64,000 nucleotides of DNA, from contig JAEPNP010000004.1 in assembly GCA_017643395.1 (NCBI GenBank), positions 169,745 to 233,744 on the forward strand. Reading direction: 5' to 3'. This document shows positions 1-9,877 of this stretch, piece after piece. Numbering within the stretch: position 1 is the first letter of the stretch; each line of letters begins with the position of its first letter. Position numbers and translations under genes: made by a program. The stretch comes from Rhodothermales bacterium. Lineage in GTDB: Bacteria > Bacteroidota > Rhodothermia > Rhodothermales > UBA10348. A model generated the notes under the pieces. The model was not told where the DNA came from and did no database searches. It was given only the letters and a program-made list of their open reading frames with translations.

Positions 1-22
1 ACCTCTTCCGCTACTAGACCCC

Positions 23-2023
23 ATGGATCTGGATCTTGCAGTCCGGTTGATGGTCCTGCTGCCGCTAGTCGGCGCGGTACTCAACGGGCTTCTCCCTCTG
101 TTCGTCCCGAGCCTGCGGAAGAATGAGACGCTGATCGCCGTCATCGGCACGGCCGCCGTGGCCATCCCGTTTGTGGTGGCGCTCACGCTGTTCATTCCCA
201 TGCTCGGCGGGCACGCCGAGGCCGGCGTCTCCACGCTGTTCACCTGGTTGGCCGCGGGCGACTTCTCGGTAGACTTCGCCTACCGAATCGATCAACTGTC
301 CATTCTGATGACGCTCATCGTCACCGGAGTCGGCAGTCTGATCCACCTGTACTCGGCCGGGTACATGCATGACGATCCCGGCTACTGGCGGTTTTTCGCC
401 TATCTGAACCTGTTCATCTTCGCGATGCTGAACCTGGTTCTGGGCGACAACCTGCTGGTGCTGTTCCTGGGCTGGGAAGGTGTGGGGCTCTGCTCCTACC
501 TGCTCATCGGGTTCTGGTACACCGACCTCAAGAATTCGGCCGCCGCCAACAAGGCGTTCATCATGAACCGGGTGGGCGATTTCGCCTTCCTGATGGCCAT
601 GTTCATTTTTGTGCGCGAAATCGGCGCACTGGACTTCGCGACGCTGCTCGCCGAGGGCCCGAACATGGAACAGACCATGATCAACTGGGCCGTATTACTG
701 CTCTTCATCGGAGCGACCGGCAAGAGCGCGCAGATTCCGCTCTTCACCTGGCTGCCGGACGCCATGGCGGGCCCGACTCCGGTGTCAGCACTGATTCACG
801 CCGCGACCATGGTGACCTCAGGGCTGTACCTGCTGGCGCGCATGTCGCCGGTGGTGCTCGAGGCTCCGGGAATGATGGCGGTCGTCGCTGTCGTAGGTGC
901 GCTGACGGCGATCGTCGCCGCGACCATCGCCATCACGCAGAACGACATCAAGAAGGTGCTGGCCTACTCGACGGTGTCGCAGCTGGGCTTCATGTTCATG
1001 GCCAGCGGCGTCGGCGCGTTCTTCGTGGCGATCTTCCACGTGATGACCCACGCCTTCTTCAAGGGCTGCCTCTTCCTGGGCTCGGGTTCGGTCATTCACG
1101 GCATGCACCATGTGGAGCATGAGCTGGAGCACGACGGGCACGGCCACCATCTGGATCCGCAGGACATGCGTACGATGGGCGGGCTGAAGAAGTACATGCC
1201 GCACACGCGCCGCACGTTCTTTGTCAGCACCCTGGCCATCGCCGGAATTCCGCTCCTTTCAGGCTTCTTCTCCAAGGACGAGATCCTGTTCAAGGTGTTC
1301 GAAGCCGGCTTCAACGGCGCGCCGATTGCGTGGCTGGTCTGGGCGGTCGGCGTGATCACCGCGCTCCTGACGGCCATCTACATGACGCGTTGCTACGTGC
1401 TGACCTTCGAGGGTGAGCCCCGCTGGCCGCACGCCGACACCCTGCACCCGCATGAGAGCCCGTGGCAGATGACCGTGCCGCTCTATGTGCTGGCCGTGCT
1501 TTCCGTCGGCGGCGGCTGGGTAGGCTTCCCTGCCGTGTTTGAAGCCATCGGTCTCGAAAGCTGGATCCACCACTGGCTGGGCGCCAACTACGGCGGACCG
1601 GTTGCGGAGGCCCAGTACGACGGTTACGTGCCGGCTGCCATCGAATGGGGGCTGTTGGGTCTCGGCTCCCTGATCGGCATTGGCGGCGTGCTGCTCGCCT
1701 GGCGCTGGTACACCACCGAGGGCCTTGCCCGCGACGAGAAACTCGCCGCGCAGTTCGGTGGCCTCTACCGCCTCTGGCAGGGCAAGTACTTCGTGGACGA
1801 GGCCTACCACCGCACGGTGGTTCGCCCGGTCATCGGCGGCGCCGAAAAGGCCTTCTCCCCCTTCGACAAGTATTTCGTGGACGGCCTGGTCAACCTGGTC
1901 GGCTATACCACACGCGGATTCAGCTATCTGCTCCGCTACCTCCAGACCGGCGTCGTGCAGTCCTATGCCGTGGCGCTGGTTTTCGGTGTGCTCCTCGTAC
2001 TCGGACTTCTGCTCTTTGGCTGA
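23..2023 (+). CDS. nuoL: NADH-quinone oxidoreductase subunit L (Nqo12)
   Basis: 666-aa polytopic membrane ORF with antiporter-like subunit motifs ([15 protein letters not shown]; [33 protein letters not shown]) and the long C-terminal extension typical of subunit L. nuoM follows directly. Confidence 0.93.
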   Translation: MDLDLAVRLMVLLPLVGAVLNGLLPLFVPSLRKNETLIAVIGTAAVAIPFVVALTLFIPMLGGHAEAGVSTLFTWLAAGDFSVDFAYRIDQLSILMTLIVTGVGSLIHLYSAGYMHDDPGYWRFFAYLNLFIFAMLNLVLGDNLLVLFLGWEGVGLCSYLLIGFWYTDLKNSAAANKAFIMNRVGDFAFLMAMFIFVREIGALDFATLLAEGPNMEQTMINWAVLLLFIGATGKSAQIPLFTWLPDAMAGPTPVSALIHAATMVTSGLYLLARMSPVVLEAPGMMAVVAVVGALTAIVAATIAITQNDIKKVLAYSTVSQLGFMFMASGVGAFFVAIFHVMTHAFFKGCLFLGSGSVIHGMHHVEHELEHDGHGHHLDPQDMRTMGGLKKYMPHTRRTFFVSTLAIAGIPLLSGFFSKDEILFKVFEAGFNGAPIAWLVWAVGVITALLTAIYMTRCYVLTFEGEPRWPHADTLHPHESPWQMTVPLYVLAVLSVGGGWVGFPAVFEAIGLESWIHHWLGANYGGPVAEAQYDGYVPAAIEWGLLGLGSLIGIGGVLLAWRWYTTEGLARDEKLAAQFGGLYRLWQGKYFVDEAYHRTVVRPVIGGAEKAFSPFDKYFVDGLVNLVGYTTRGFSYLLRYLQTGVVQSYAVALVFGVLLVLGLLLFG

Positions 2024-2041
2024 TAGCCGCATCGCTTCCTG

Positions 2042-3643
2042 ATGAATATCCCGAACCTCACTTCTGTCGTCATCTTCCTCCCGCTTCTGGGAGCGTTGGT
2101 GACGCTTCTCGTTCGCGGTGACGCCATCAAGTGGTCGGCACTTGGGGTCACGCTGCTCACGTTCGTGGTGTCGCTGGGCCTGCTCATGGGCTTCGATCCC
2201 GCGGTCTCCACGGCCACGGCCCCGCAGATGGCGGACATGCTGGACGGCTGGTTCGGTGACCGGCTGGACATCAAGTACTTCGTGGGCATCGACGGGCTGA
2301 ACATCCTGCTGATCCTGCTCACGACACTACTGGGCCCCATCGTGGTCCTGTCGTCCTGGAACTACATCGGCAAGAGCCACAAGGCCTACTACACGCTGCT
2401 GCTCGTGCTTCAGACGGGTGTGACCGGCGTGTTCGCGAGCTTCGACATTTTCCTGTTCTACATCTTCTTCGAGCTGACCCTGATCCCGATGTACTTCATC
2501 ATCGGCATCTGGGGCGGAGAAGACCGGGTGTATGCCGCCGTCAAGTTTGTGCTGTACACGCTGGTAGGCTCGCTGCTCATGCTTGTGGCGCTGCTCTACC
2601 TGGGCTACGCGGCGGGCGATGCGGTCAATGCCGGGGTGTTCACCACCGACTGGTACAAGCTGGTCAGCTTCAACATGCCGCTGGACATGCAGGGCTGGTT
2701 GTTCCTGCTGTTTGCCCTTGCGTTCGCGATCAAGGTGCCGCTATTCCCGCTGCACACCTGGCTGCCGGATGCGCACGTGCAGGCGCCGACCGGCGGATCG
2801 GTCATTCTGGCCGGCGTGCTGCTGAAAATGGGCACCTACGGCCTCGTCAAGTTCTGCCTGCCGTTTTTCCCGGCGGCGGCACAGGAATACGCGATGACCT
2901 TTGCCATTCTGGCGGTCATCGGCATCGTGTACGGAGCACTGGTCTCAAGGGCCCAGACGGATGCCAAGAAATTGGTGGCCTACTCGTCGGTCAGCCACCT
3001 TGGTTTCGTGGTGCTGGGCATCTTCGCGTTTACCACGGAAGCCCTGCAGGGCGCCGTGATCCAGATGATCAACCACGGCATCTCCACCGGCGCGCTCTTC
3101 CTCCTTGTCGGCATGCTCTACGAGCGTCGCCATACGCGCGTCATGACCGACTTCGGTGGCATCGCCAAGAGTGTTCCGGTACTGACGTTCGTCATGATCC
3201 TGACCGTGCTGGCATCGGCCGGCCTGCCCGGACTCAACGGATTCGTGGGTGAGTTCATGATTCTGATGGGCTCCTTCAAGAGCACGGTCATCGGGTCGCC
3301 CCTGCTCATTGCGTTCGCAACGACGGGCGTCATCCTCGCAGCCGTTTATCTGCTCTGGATGGTCTACCGCATGTTCTGGGGATCCCTCGAGCGCGACGAG
3401 AACCGCTTTATGCAGGACCTGAACGCCCGCGAGCTGGCCCTGCTTGCTCCGCTGGTTGTGCTGATGGTCTGGATGGGCTTCGGCCCCAAACCCTTCCTGG
3501 ACCTCAGCGAACCAAGCGCCGAGTTCCTGCTGGATACCATCGAGGCCAAACAGGCCTGGAATCCGGCCGAACACCCGCGCCTGGTCTTTGACGGCACGCG
3601 GTTTGTCCCGGCCGACGGCGATCTCGAACTCGCCACCCGATAG
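2042..3643 (+). CDS. nuoM: NADH-quinone oxidoreductase subunit M (Nqo13)
   Basis: 533-aa membrane ORF with the NuoM-type motif KVPLFPLHTWLPDAHVQAPTGGSVILAGVLLKMG. It lies between nuoL and the nuoN-containing block. Confidence 0.93.
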   Translation: MNIPNLTSVVIFLPLLGALVTLLVRGDAIKWSALGVTLLTFVVSLGLLMGFDPAVSTATAPQMADMLDGWFGDRLDIKYFVGIDGLNILLILLTTLLGPIVVLSSWNYIGKSHKAYYTLLLVLQTGVTGVFASFDIFLFYIFFELTLIPMYFIIGIWGGEDRVYAAVKFVLYTLVGSLLMLVALLYLGYAAGDAVNAGVFTTDWYKLVSFNMPLDMQGWLFLLFALAFAIKVPLFPLHTWLPDAHVQAPTGGSVILAGVLLKMGTYGLVKFCLPFFPAAAQEYAMTFAILAVIGIVYGALVSRAQTDAKKLVAYSSVSHLGFVVLGIFAFTTEALQGAVIQMINHGISTGALFLLVGMLYERRHTRVMTDFGGIAKSVPVLTFVMILTVLASAGLPGLNGFVGEFMILMGSFKSTVIGSPLLIAFATTGVILAAVYLLWMVYRMFWGSLERDENRFMQDLNARELALLAPLVVLMVWMGFGPKPFLDLSEPSAEFLLDTIEAKQAWNPAEHPRLVFDGTRFVPADGDLELATR

Positions 3644-3655
3644 CTTCGCCCGCTC

Positions 3656-5209
3656 ATGTCCGCCCGTATGAGAACCTTCCGTTATCTGCCGATTCTGCTG
3701 CTCCTTGCCGGCCTTGCCGGTTTCAGCAGTCCGGCCATCGCCCAGGAATCGCCCGCATCCCCTACGGAAGCGATTGCCGACTCGGCCGCCATTCAGGATG
3801 CCGACGCCGACCACGCCCAGGATGCCGACAATGCGCTGGACGCTGCCGCCGGAGCGGATACGCACGCCGCCGATGACCACGGCGACGACGGGCACGGCCC
3901 GCTCCCGCCGGTCTGGCTGGTCATCCCGTTTGCCGCCATCCTGCTCATGATTGCGACCGGGCCGCTGTTCTACTCCCACCACTGGCACCACCACTATCCG
4001 AAGTATTCTGTCGCGCTGGGCCTGAGCGTGGCGCTGTACTACGGATTTGTGCTGCACTCCTGGACGCCGGTCATCCACGCGATTCAGGAGTACGCGTCGT
4101 TCATTGCGCTGGTCGCGAGTCTCTTCATTGCGGCTTCCGGCATCTACGTGAGCGTGAACGCCAAGGGCAAGCCGGTCACCAACGTCGTCCTGCTGTTCTT
4201 CGCGTCCGTAATCGCGAACCTGATCGCCACGACCGGGTCGGCCATGCTCTTCATTCGAGCCTACATGCGCTTGAACACAGGCCGACTGAAGCCCTACCAC
4301 ATCATCTTCTTCATCTTCCTGGTGGCGAACGTCGGCGGCGCGCTGACGCCCATCGGCGATCCGCCGCTGTTCCTCGGCTTCCTGCGCGGTGTGCCGTTCT
4401 TCTGGACGATGGTGAACGTGTGGCACATCTGGCTCTTCGCCACGATTCTGATCCTCATCGTCTTCTTCGTGATCGACAGCCGCAACAAGGCGGAGGCACC
4501 GGATCCGGATCCGAACAAGTCGCTCATCGAGCTTGAAGGCAAGAAGTCCTTCATCTGGGTGGCCATCATCATCGGTCTGGTCTTCGTCGACCCGAACGTC
4601 TTCGACTGGGTGCCCAACCTGTACGCGGACTATCACATCCCCATCGGCATCCGTGAGATGCTGATGTTCGCGGTGGCCTTCGCGGCCTTCTTCACCGCCG
4701 ACAAGACGGCGATGGAGAAGAACGAGTTCAACTTTGAGCCCATCCGCGAGGTGGGTTGGCTGTTCCTCGGCATCTTCGCCACCATGCAGCCCGCCCTGCA
4801 GCTGATTTCCAACTTCGCGGCCTCCAACGCGGACGCGCTCGGAGTAGGCACCTTCTACTGGGGTACCGGCGTTCTTTCGGGCATCCTGGACAATGCGCCG
4901 ACCTACCTGAACTTCCTGGCAGCAGCCATGGGCAAGTTCGGCCTTGACGTGAACATGCCTTCAGCGGTCGTCGAGTTCGCCACGGGCGTCGACTCGGCCG
5001 TCTACCTGCAGGCCATCTCGGTGGCCGCCGTGTTCTTCGGTGCGATGTCGTACATCGGCAACGCTCCCAACTTCATGGTGAAAGCCATCGCCGAGTCAAA
5101 CGGTGTCGAGACGCCCTCCTTCATGGGCTACATCGTCAAGTACTCGATCCCGATCCTGCTGCCCATTTACCTGATCATCTACATCGTCTTCTACAGTGGC
5201 TGGTTCTAG
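3656..5209 (+). CDS. nhaD: NhaD/ArsB-family (ion transporter superfamily) Na+/H+ antiporter-like permease
   Basis: 517 aa: signal peptide (LLLLAGLAGFSSPAIAQ), an Asp/His-rich linker, then multiple TM helices. It sits between nuoM and nuoN, as nhaD does in the Rhodothermus marinus nqo cluster. Confidence 0.7.
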   Translation: MSARMRTFRYLPILLLLAGLAGFSSPAIAQESPASPTEAIADSAAIQDADADHAQDADNALDAAAGADTHAADDHGDDGHGPLPPVWLVIPFAAILLMIATGPLFYSHHWHHHYPKYSVALGLSVALYYGFVLHSWTPVIHAIQEYASFIALVASLFIAASGIYVSVNAKGKPVTNVVLLFFASVIANLIATTGSAMLFIRAYMRLNTGRLKPYHIIFFIFLVANVGGALTPIGDPPLFLGFLRGVPFFWTMVNVWHIWLFATILILIVFFVIDSRNKAEAPDPDPNKSLIELEGKKSFIWVAIIIGLVFVDPNVFDWVPNLYADYHIPIGIREMLMFAVAFAAFFTADKTAMEKNEFNFEPIREVGWLFLGIFATMQPALQLISNFAASNADALGVGTFYWGTGVLSGILDNAPTYLNFLAAAMGKFGLDVNMPSAVVEFATGVDSAVYLQAISVAAVFFGAMSYIGNAPNFMVKAIAESNGVETPSFMGYIVKYSIPILLPIYLIIYIVFYSGWF

Positions 5210-5504
5210 CACATCCAGATCGGCGCTGTCTCCTTCGGAGGTACGGGCCGGCCTTTCCGGGCTGGATGGCTGGTCCTACGAGGACGACAAACTGCACCGC
5301 ACCCTCGAGTTCGGCACGTTTCGGGAGGCCATGGGCTTCCTGACCCGAATTGCGTTTGAGGCAGAGGAGCTCAACCACCACCCCGAGCTCTTCAACGTCT
5401 ACAGCACGGTGCGCATCGGACTGACCACCCACGATGCCGGCGACAAGGTGTCTGCCATGGACCTTGAGCTGGCCCGGCGCATCAACCAGATCGCCTGGAT
5501 CTAA
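5196..5504 (+). CDS. pcd: pterin-4-alpha-carbinolamine dehydratase (PCD/DCoH)
   Basis: 102 aa with the PCD core (EELNHHPELFNVYSTVRIGLTTHDAG). GTG start overlaps the nhaD 3' end by 14 nt. Same position as pcd in the R. marinus complex I cluster. Confidence 0.85.
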   Translation: MAGSSTSRSALSPSEVRAGLSGLDGWSYEDDKLHRTLEFGTFREAMGFLTRIAFEAEELNHHPELFNVYSTVRIGLTTHDAGDKVSAMDLELARRINQIAWI

Positions 5505-5515
5505 CCCGCTTCCCG

Positions 5516-7000
5516 ATGGATCTGACCAACGCATACGCCGACCTGGCGGGCGACCTCATGGCTACCGCCCCCATCACGCTGCTGGCCGTGCTCGGCCTGA
5601 TTGCCGTGGTGGTGGACAGCTTTCGTAACGACCATCGCAGCGTTCCGTGGATTGCCGGCGTCGGCCTGGGCGTGGCGCTGGTCTGGGAACTGACACGCCT
5701 GAATGATCCGGCGGGTACCGCGTTCTACGGCATGCTGCGCACGGGCGGCTTTGCCTCGTTCGTCAACGTGGTGATTCTGCTCGGAGCCGGCCTTTCTGTA
5801 GAGCTTTGCGGCACCTACCTGAAGCGGATCAAACACAACTACGGCGAGGTGTATGCCATCATCCTGTTCGCGACGGTGGGCATGATGGTGCTCGGTGCAT
5901 CGAACAACCTCATCTCCGTGTTTGTGGGCCTGGAGACCATGTCGATCTGTCTGTATGTGCTGACGGGGCTGGTTCGGGATGACGAAGGGGGCATCGAAAG
6001 TGCACTGAAGTACTTCCTGCTCGGCGCCTTCGCCACGGGATTTCTGCTCTACGGCATGGCCCTAATCTACGGGGCAACGGGCACCTTCTACCTGCCCGAA
6101 ATCGCAGCCGCGGTGGCCATCAACGGTGCCTCCATGCTGTTCTGGGCCGGCACCGGCCTCCTGCTGGTGGGCTTCATGTTCAAGGTCAGCGCGGTGCCGT
6201 TCCACATGTGGACCCCGGACGTGTACCAGGGCGCGCCGACCACGATCACCGGCTTCATGTCAACGGCCTCCAAGACGGCAGCCTTCGCATCGCTCATCCT
6301 GGTCCTGTTCCTGGCCTTTCCGGGCGATGAGCTCTCCTATCCCCTCGCCGTCATCGCCCTGATCACCATGGTGCTGGGCAACGTGCTTGCGGTGGCGCAA
6401 AACAATGTGAAGCGCATGCTGGCCTACTCATCGGTGGCCCATGCGGGGTATGTGCTCGTGGGCCTCGCGGCAGGCTCGCAGGCGGGGTATTCGGGCGCGC
6501 TCTACTACATGCTGATCTACACGCTGATGAACATCGGTGCGTTCGGCGTGATGGCCCTGCTGGAATGGGACGACAAGGAAGGCCGCGAACAGACGCTGGA
6601 CTCCCTGGCCGGGGTCGGGCTGCGCAAGCCGCTGCTCGGATGGACGATGGTGTTCTTCATGTTCAGCCTGTCCGGTTTCCCGCCGCTGGGCGGCTTCATG
6701 GGCAAGGTGGCTGTGTTTGCACCTGCGGTCGAAGCGGGCATGGTGTGGTTGGCGATTGCGGGTGTGCTCACATCGGCGGTGTCTGCCTACTACTACCTGA
6801 GGGTGCTGGTCGTCTTCTTCATGCGGTCCGAGGATGAGGTACGCGTCCCGGTCGCAAACAATGCGTTTCCGGTTCCGCGTAGCGCAGCTGCCGTGCTGAT
6901 CTTCTGCGCCGCGGCCCTGCTCGTGCTCGGCGTGTACCCGCAGTTGCTCGAACTGACAGAGTCCTACTTCGCGTCGACGGCCGTTGCGTCCCTGCCCTGA
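5516..7000 (+). CDS. nuoN: NADH-quinone oxidoreductase subunit N (Nqo14)
   Basis: 494-aa membrane ORF with NuoN-type motifs (FKVSAVPFHMWTPDVYQGAPT; KRMLAYSSVAHAGY). Confidence 0.92.
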   Translation: MDLTNAYADLAGDLMATAPITLLAVLGLIAVVVDSFRNDHRSVPWIAGVGLGVALVWELTRLNDPAGTAFYGMLRTGGFASFVNVVILLGAGLSVELCGTYLKRIKHNYGEVYAIILFATVGMMVLGASNNLISVFVGLETMSICLYVLTGLVRDDEGGIESALKYFLLGAFATGFLLYGMALIYGATGTFYLPEIAAAVAINGASMLFWAGTGLLLVGFMFKVSAVPFHMWTPDVYQGAPTTITGFMSTASKTAAFASLILVLFLAFPGDELSYPLAVIALITMVLGNVLAVAQNNVKRMLAYSSVAHAGYVLVGLAAGSQAGYSGALYYMLIYTLMNIGAFGVMALLEWDDKEGREQTLDSLAGVGLRKPLLGWTMVFFMFSLSGFPPLGGFMGKVAVFAPAVEAGMVWLAIAGVLTSAVSAYYYLRVLVVFFMRSEDEVRVPVANNAFPVPRSAAAVLIFCAAALLVLGVYPQLLELTESYFASTAVASLP

Positions 7001-7003
7001 GCC

Positions 7004-7582
7004 GTGCGTTCGCTGGCCAAGGAGCTGATCCCGCACGCCCCGAAGCTGGGGCTGTACGTCGCGCCCCACATCCCGACGGACAAGCTGGACAACGCCATCA
7101 AGGATTATGCGCCTGATGTGCAGATTCCGGAAGTCCTTGCGCTCTATGACGGCACCCTACTGGGCAGCGCCAAGGACGGCGTAGTCTTCTGCAAGGAGCG
7201 GCTGGTATTCCAGAACACGGACCTGCAGGCTCCGCAGGAAATCCGCTATGACGACATCGTCCGGGTCAACGCCCGCAAAAAGCTCCTGCGTGGCACCAAG
7301 GTCTACCTGGACGTCAACCGCGGCCGAGCCACCACGGAGGTGGTCATAGATTTCTCCGCGCGCGATGGGGCGGCAGAGCATGTGGCCTCTTTCCTGGGAG
7401 AGGCCATGCTGAAGGACGTCGATTTCGGGCGGGAGCAGGCGGACCCGGCACCACCAGGTCGCCAGGACCCGACCACAGACCGGCACGCGGTCGAGGACGC
7501 GCTTGATCGGCTGCAGAAGGCCGGCAATTTGACGCGGGAAGACAAGTACCGCATGCTGGAGGCACTGGACCAGCGAGCGTAG
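7004..7582 (+). CDS. hypothetical protein (possible bacterial PH-like N-terminal domain)
   Basis: 192-aa ORF with GTG start 4 nt after the nuoN stop and balanced composition. No catalytic motif recognised. Confidence 0.5.
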   Translation: MRSLAKELIPHAPKLGLYVAPHIPTDKLDNAIKDYAPDVQIPEVLALYDGTLLGSAKDGVVFCKERLVFQNTDLQAPQEIRYDDIVRVNARKKLLRGTKVYLDVNRGRATTEVVIDFSARDGAAEHVASFLGEAMLKDVDFGREQADPAPPGRQDPTTDRHAVEDALDRLQKAGNLTREDKYRMLEALDQRA

Positions 7583-7624
7583 GCGCGAGGCTGGTTATCT
7601 TTGCGGGCCCAACTCAGAGGCTCC

Positions 7625-8725
7625 ATGCACTCTCGTCGACAGTTTCTCAAACAGGCCGCCCTGGGGACCGCAGCGCTTGCCCTGCCCCGCATGCCGCGGC
7701 GCTCGATGCGCCTGCTCATTCTCGGCGGTACCTCATTCACAGGACCACATCTTGTCCGATTGGCGATCGAGCGCGGGCATACGGTGACGACCTTCACCCG
7801 CGGCCTCACCGCTCCGGCCCTGCACGGCGAATGGTTCGCGGAGGCGGAGATGCTGACGGGCGACCGGGACGGCGACCTTTCTGCCCTGGAGGGCCGGAAC
7901 TGGGATGTGGTGCTGGACAACTCCGGACGGAGCGAAGACTGGACGCGTGCCTCCGCCGAACTGCTGCGGAATTCAGCGGAGCTGTACGCCTACACGTCTT
8001 CGACCGGTGTATTCTATCCCTATCTCGGCTCCGGCATGACGGAAGCGACCCCGGTAGCGCTGGCCTTGCCGGAGGATCGTCAGGAGGACGGGGCGATGCG
8101 ATATGGGGTCATGAAGGCGGCTTCCGAGCAGGTAGCCCGGGAGGTGTTCGGGCACGATCGCAGCCTGATCTTTCGCCCAACCTACATTGTCGGGCCCGGG
8201 GACCGCTCCAATCGGTTCCCGTACTGGCCTGCCCGATTGGCTCGTGGACGCCGGGTCCTGGCGCCAGGTCTACCTGACGACCCTGTGCAGTTCATCGACG
8301 TGCGGGATCTGACCCGCTGGATGCTGGATGCCATGGAGGCCCGGTTCGCCGGCACCTGGAATCTGGCCGGTCCCGGATTCGCGATGGGCATGCGCGCTTT
8401 CCTGCACGGCGCGCACGCCGCGTTCTCCAGTGCCGTCGAATGGGTCTATGTGCACGATCATGCTTTCTTCCAGGAGCACGGCATCGAAGCCTACGTGCCC
8501 TGGATTCTGCCGGTCGGTGACAATTACGGCTCCGCCCGCATCGACCCGGCGAAAGCGCATGCTTCCGGGCTGACCCATCGCCCCCTGGCCCAAACCGTTG
8601 CGGACACCTGGGCGTGGTGGCAATCGCCGGCGGTATCTCAACAGCGGCGCGACTCCCTGTCGGGAGAACGCTCGCTGATGGCACGGGAGGCGGAGTTGCT
8701 GGCGGCCTGGCAGGCCCGTAGCTGA
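7625..8725 (+). CDS. NAD(P)-binding epimerase/dehydratase-family (SDR) protein with twin-arginine signal
   Basis: The N-terminus MHSRRQFLKQAALGTAALALP is Tat-like. It is followed by the Rossmann motif LILGGTSFTGPHLV. The ORF track starts at 7601, but the internal ATG at 7625 fits better. Confidence 0.75.
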   Translation: MHSRRQFLKQAALGTAALALPRMPRRSMRLLILGGTSFTGPHLVRLAIERGHTVTTFTRGLTAPALHGEWFAEAEMLTGDRDGDLSALEGRNWDVVLDNSGRSEDWTRASAELLRNSAELYAYTSSTGVFYPYLGSGMTEATPVALALPEDRQEDGAMRYGVMKAASEQVAREVFGHDRSLIFRPTYIVGPGDRSNRFPYWPARLARGRRVLAPGLPDDPVQFIDVRDLTRWMLDAMEARFAGTWNLAGPGFAMGMRAFLHGAHAAFSSAVEWVYVHDHAFFQEHGIEAYVPWILPVGDNYGSARIDPAKAHASGLTHRPLAQTVADTWAWWQSPAVSQQRRDSLSGERSLMAREAELLAAWQARS

Positions 8726-8761
8726 CGGCCTCGGCAGGCGTGTAACTGACAGCCCCGGAAG

Positions 8762-9877
8762 CTAGCTTCGGCGCGGTCCGGATTCCCGACGCTTGCGCCG
8801 AAGGCGCCATGCGGGGTACCACATGACCACTCCTGTGACAGGAAGCAGCACGGCCACCAGACAGGCCAGGGCCGCCAGGATGCGGCCACCGAGCCCCAGT
8901 ATGCTTCCTGTGTGGATGGGGAGCATCAGCGATCTCACCCTGGTGCCCCCGGCCATGTCGTCAAACCGGTCCAGTCGGAGCAGCTCGCCATCGCCCGAAC
9001 TCAGGAACGCGACATCTGCCGCATCATCATGCAACCTCTGTGGCAGAAAGGCGCGGATGGACGCCGGCCGCGACGAAGCTGCCGGGATGGAAAGGACAAA
9101 GCGCTCCGAATCCGGGAAGAGGTACTCGGCTCGTTCGAGCAGCTCCGTGTAGCTCCGCGTTTCCTCCCGCAAAGCCTCCGGAACCGAAGGACCGGGCTGC
9201 TGCCGCTCCCCACCACCTGCGGCGATGGCGGCTTCGCTGGCCCAGGAGTAGGCAAAAGGGAGCCCGGTAACAGCCAGTACAAGCAGCACAAGCACGGCGT
9301 ACGAGCCCCAGACCTTGTGAAAGTCCGCAAGCAATCGGCTGAGGCGGCGTCCCCGGTAACGCATGGTGGCGACGTCGCGAAATCGCTGTCGCTTGCGTGG
9401 CCACCAGACGAATGCGCCCGTGAGCATTACCAGGATGAAGATCAGCGTGGCGGCACCGACCACTGTTCTGCCGATCTGGCCCGCGACCAGGCCGCGATGG
9501 ATACGAAACAGGCTCATGTACCAGCCATGCTCCCGCTCGTACACAAATTGCTGCCGGGAGACGGGGTCGAACGCTATGTGTGCAGCACCGGCAGACGAGC
9601 GCCCCGCTATCAAAGGCAACCGAGACCCGTCGCGGTAGATCGTCACGGACCCCGAGCGAAAGCCCTGGGGCAGCGCAGCCATCCACTCATCCGGATCCAG
9701 GTCTGCAGTCGGCGCCTCGGCGAACCAGGCGGGATGCAGCACCCGGTTGATTTCGTCCTCAAAGGCCATGGGTATGGCGGTGGCGCACACCACAAGAATG
9801 ACAGACCCCGACGCCAGGCCCAGCCAGCGGTGCAGTCTAACCATCCAGCCTCTCAGGCGGCGAGCCGGCTCAGCCAT
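8762..9877 (-). CDS. PepSY-associated TM helix domain protein
   Basis: 371 aa with N- and C-terminal TM helices (WLRLHRWLGL-type start) flanking a periplasmic region. The start overlaps the upstream stop (ATGGCTGA). Confidence 0.7.
   Translation of the reverse strand: MAEPARRLRGWMVRLHRWLGLASGSVILVVCATAIPMAFEDEINRVLHPAWFAEAPTADLDPDEWMAALPQGFRSGSVTIYRDGSRLPLIAGRSSAGAAHIAFDPVSRQQFVYEREHGWYMSLFRIHRGLVAGQIGRTVVGAATLIFILVMLTGAFVWWPRKRQRFRDVATMRYRGRRLSRLLADFHKVWGSYAVLVLLVLAVTGLPFAYSWASEAAIAAGGGERQQPGPSVPEALREETRSYTELLERAEYLFPDSERFVLSIPAASSRPASIRAFLPQRLHDDAADVAFLSSGDGELLRLDRFDDMAGGTRVRSLMLPIHTGSILGLGGRILAALACLVAVLLPVTGVVMWYPAWRLRRKRRESGPRRS

Noticed and set aside
2945-4636. Long antisense ORFs opposite well-supported genes (2945-4636 minus, 8912-10120 plus, 24899-26473 minus, 31077-32429 minus, 32327-34273 minus, 36346-37293 plus, 50001-51269 minus, 59201-60154 minus and others)
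   Set aside because: These are typical high-GC artefacts. Their composition is Arg/Gly/His/Asp/Pro-rich with no recognisable motifs. Each is fully nested opposite a gene that has clear family signatures.
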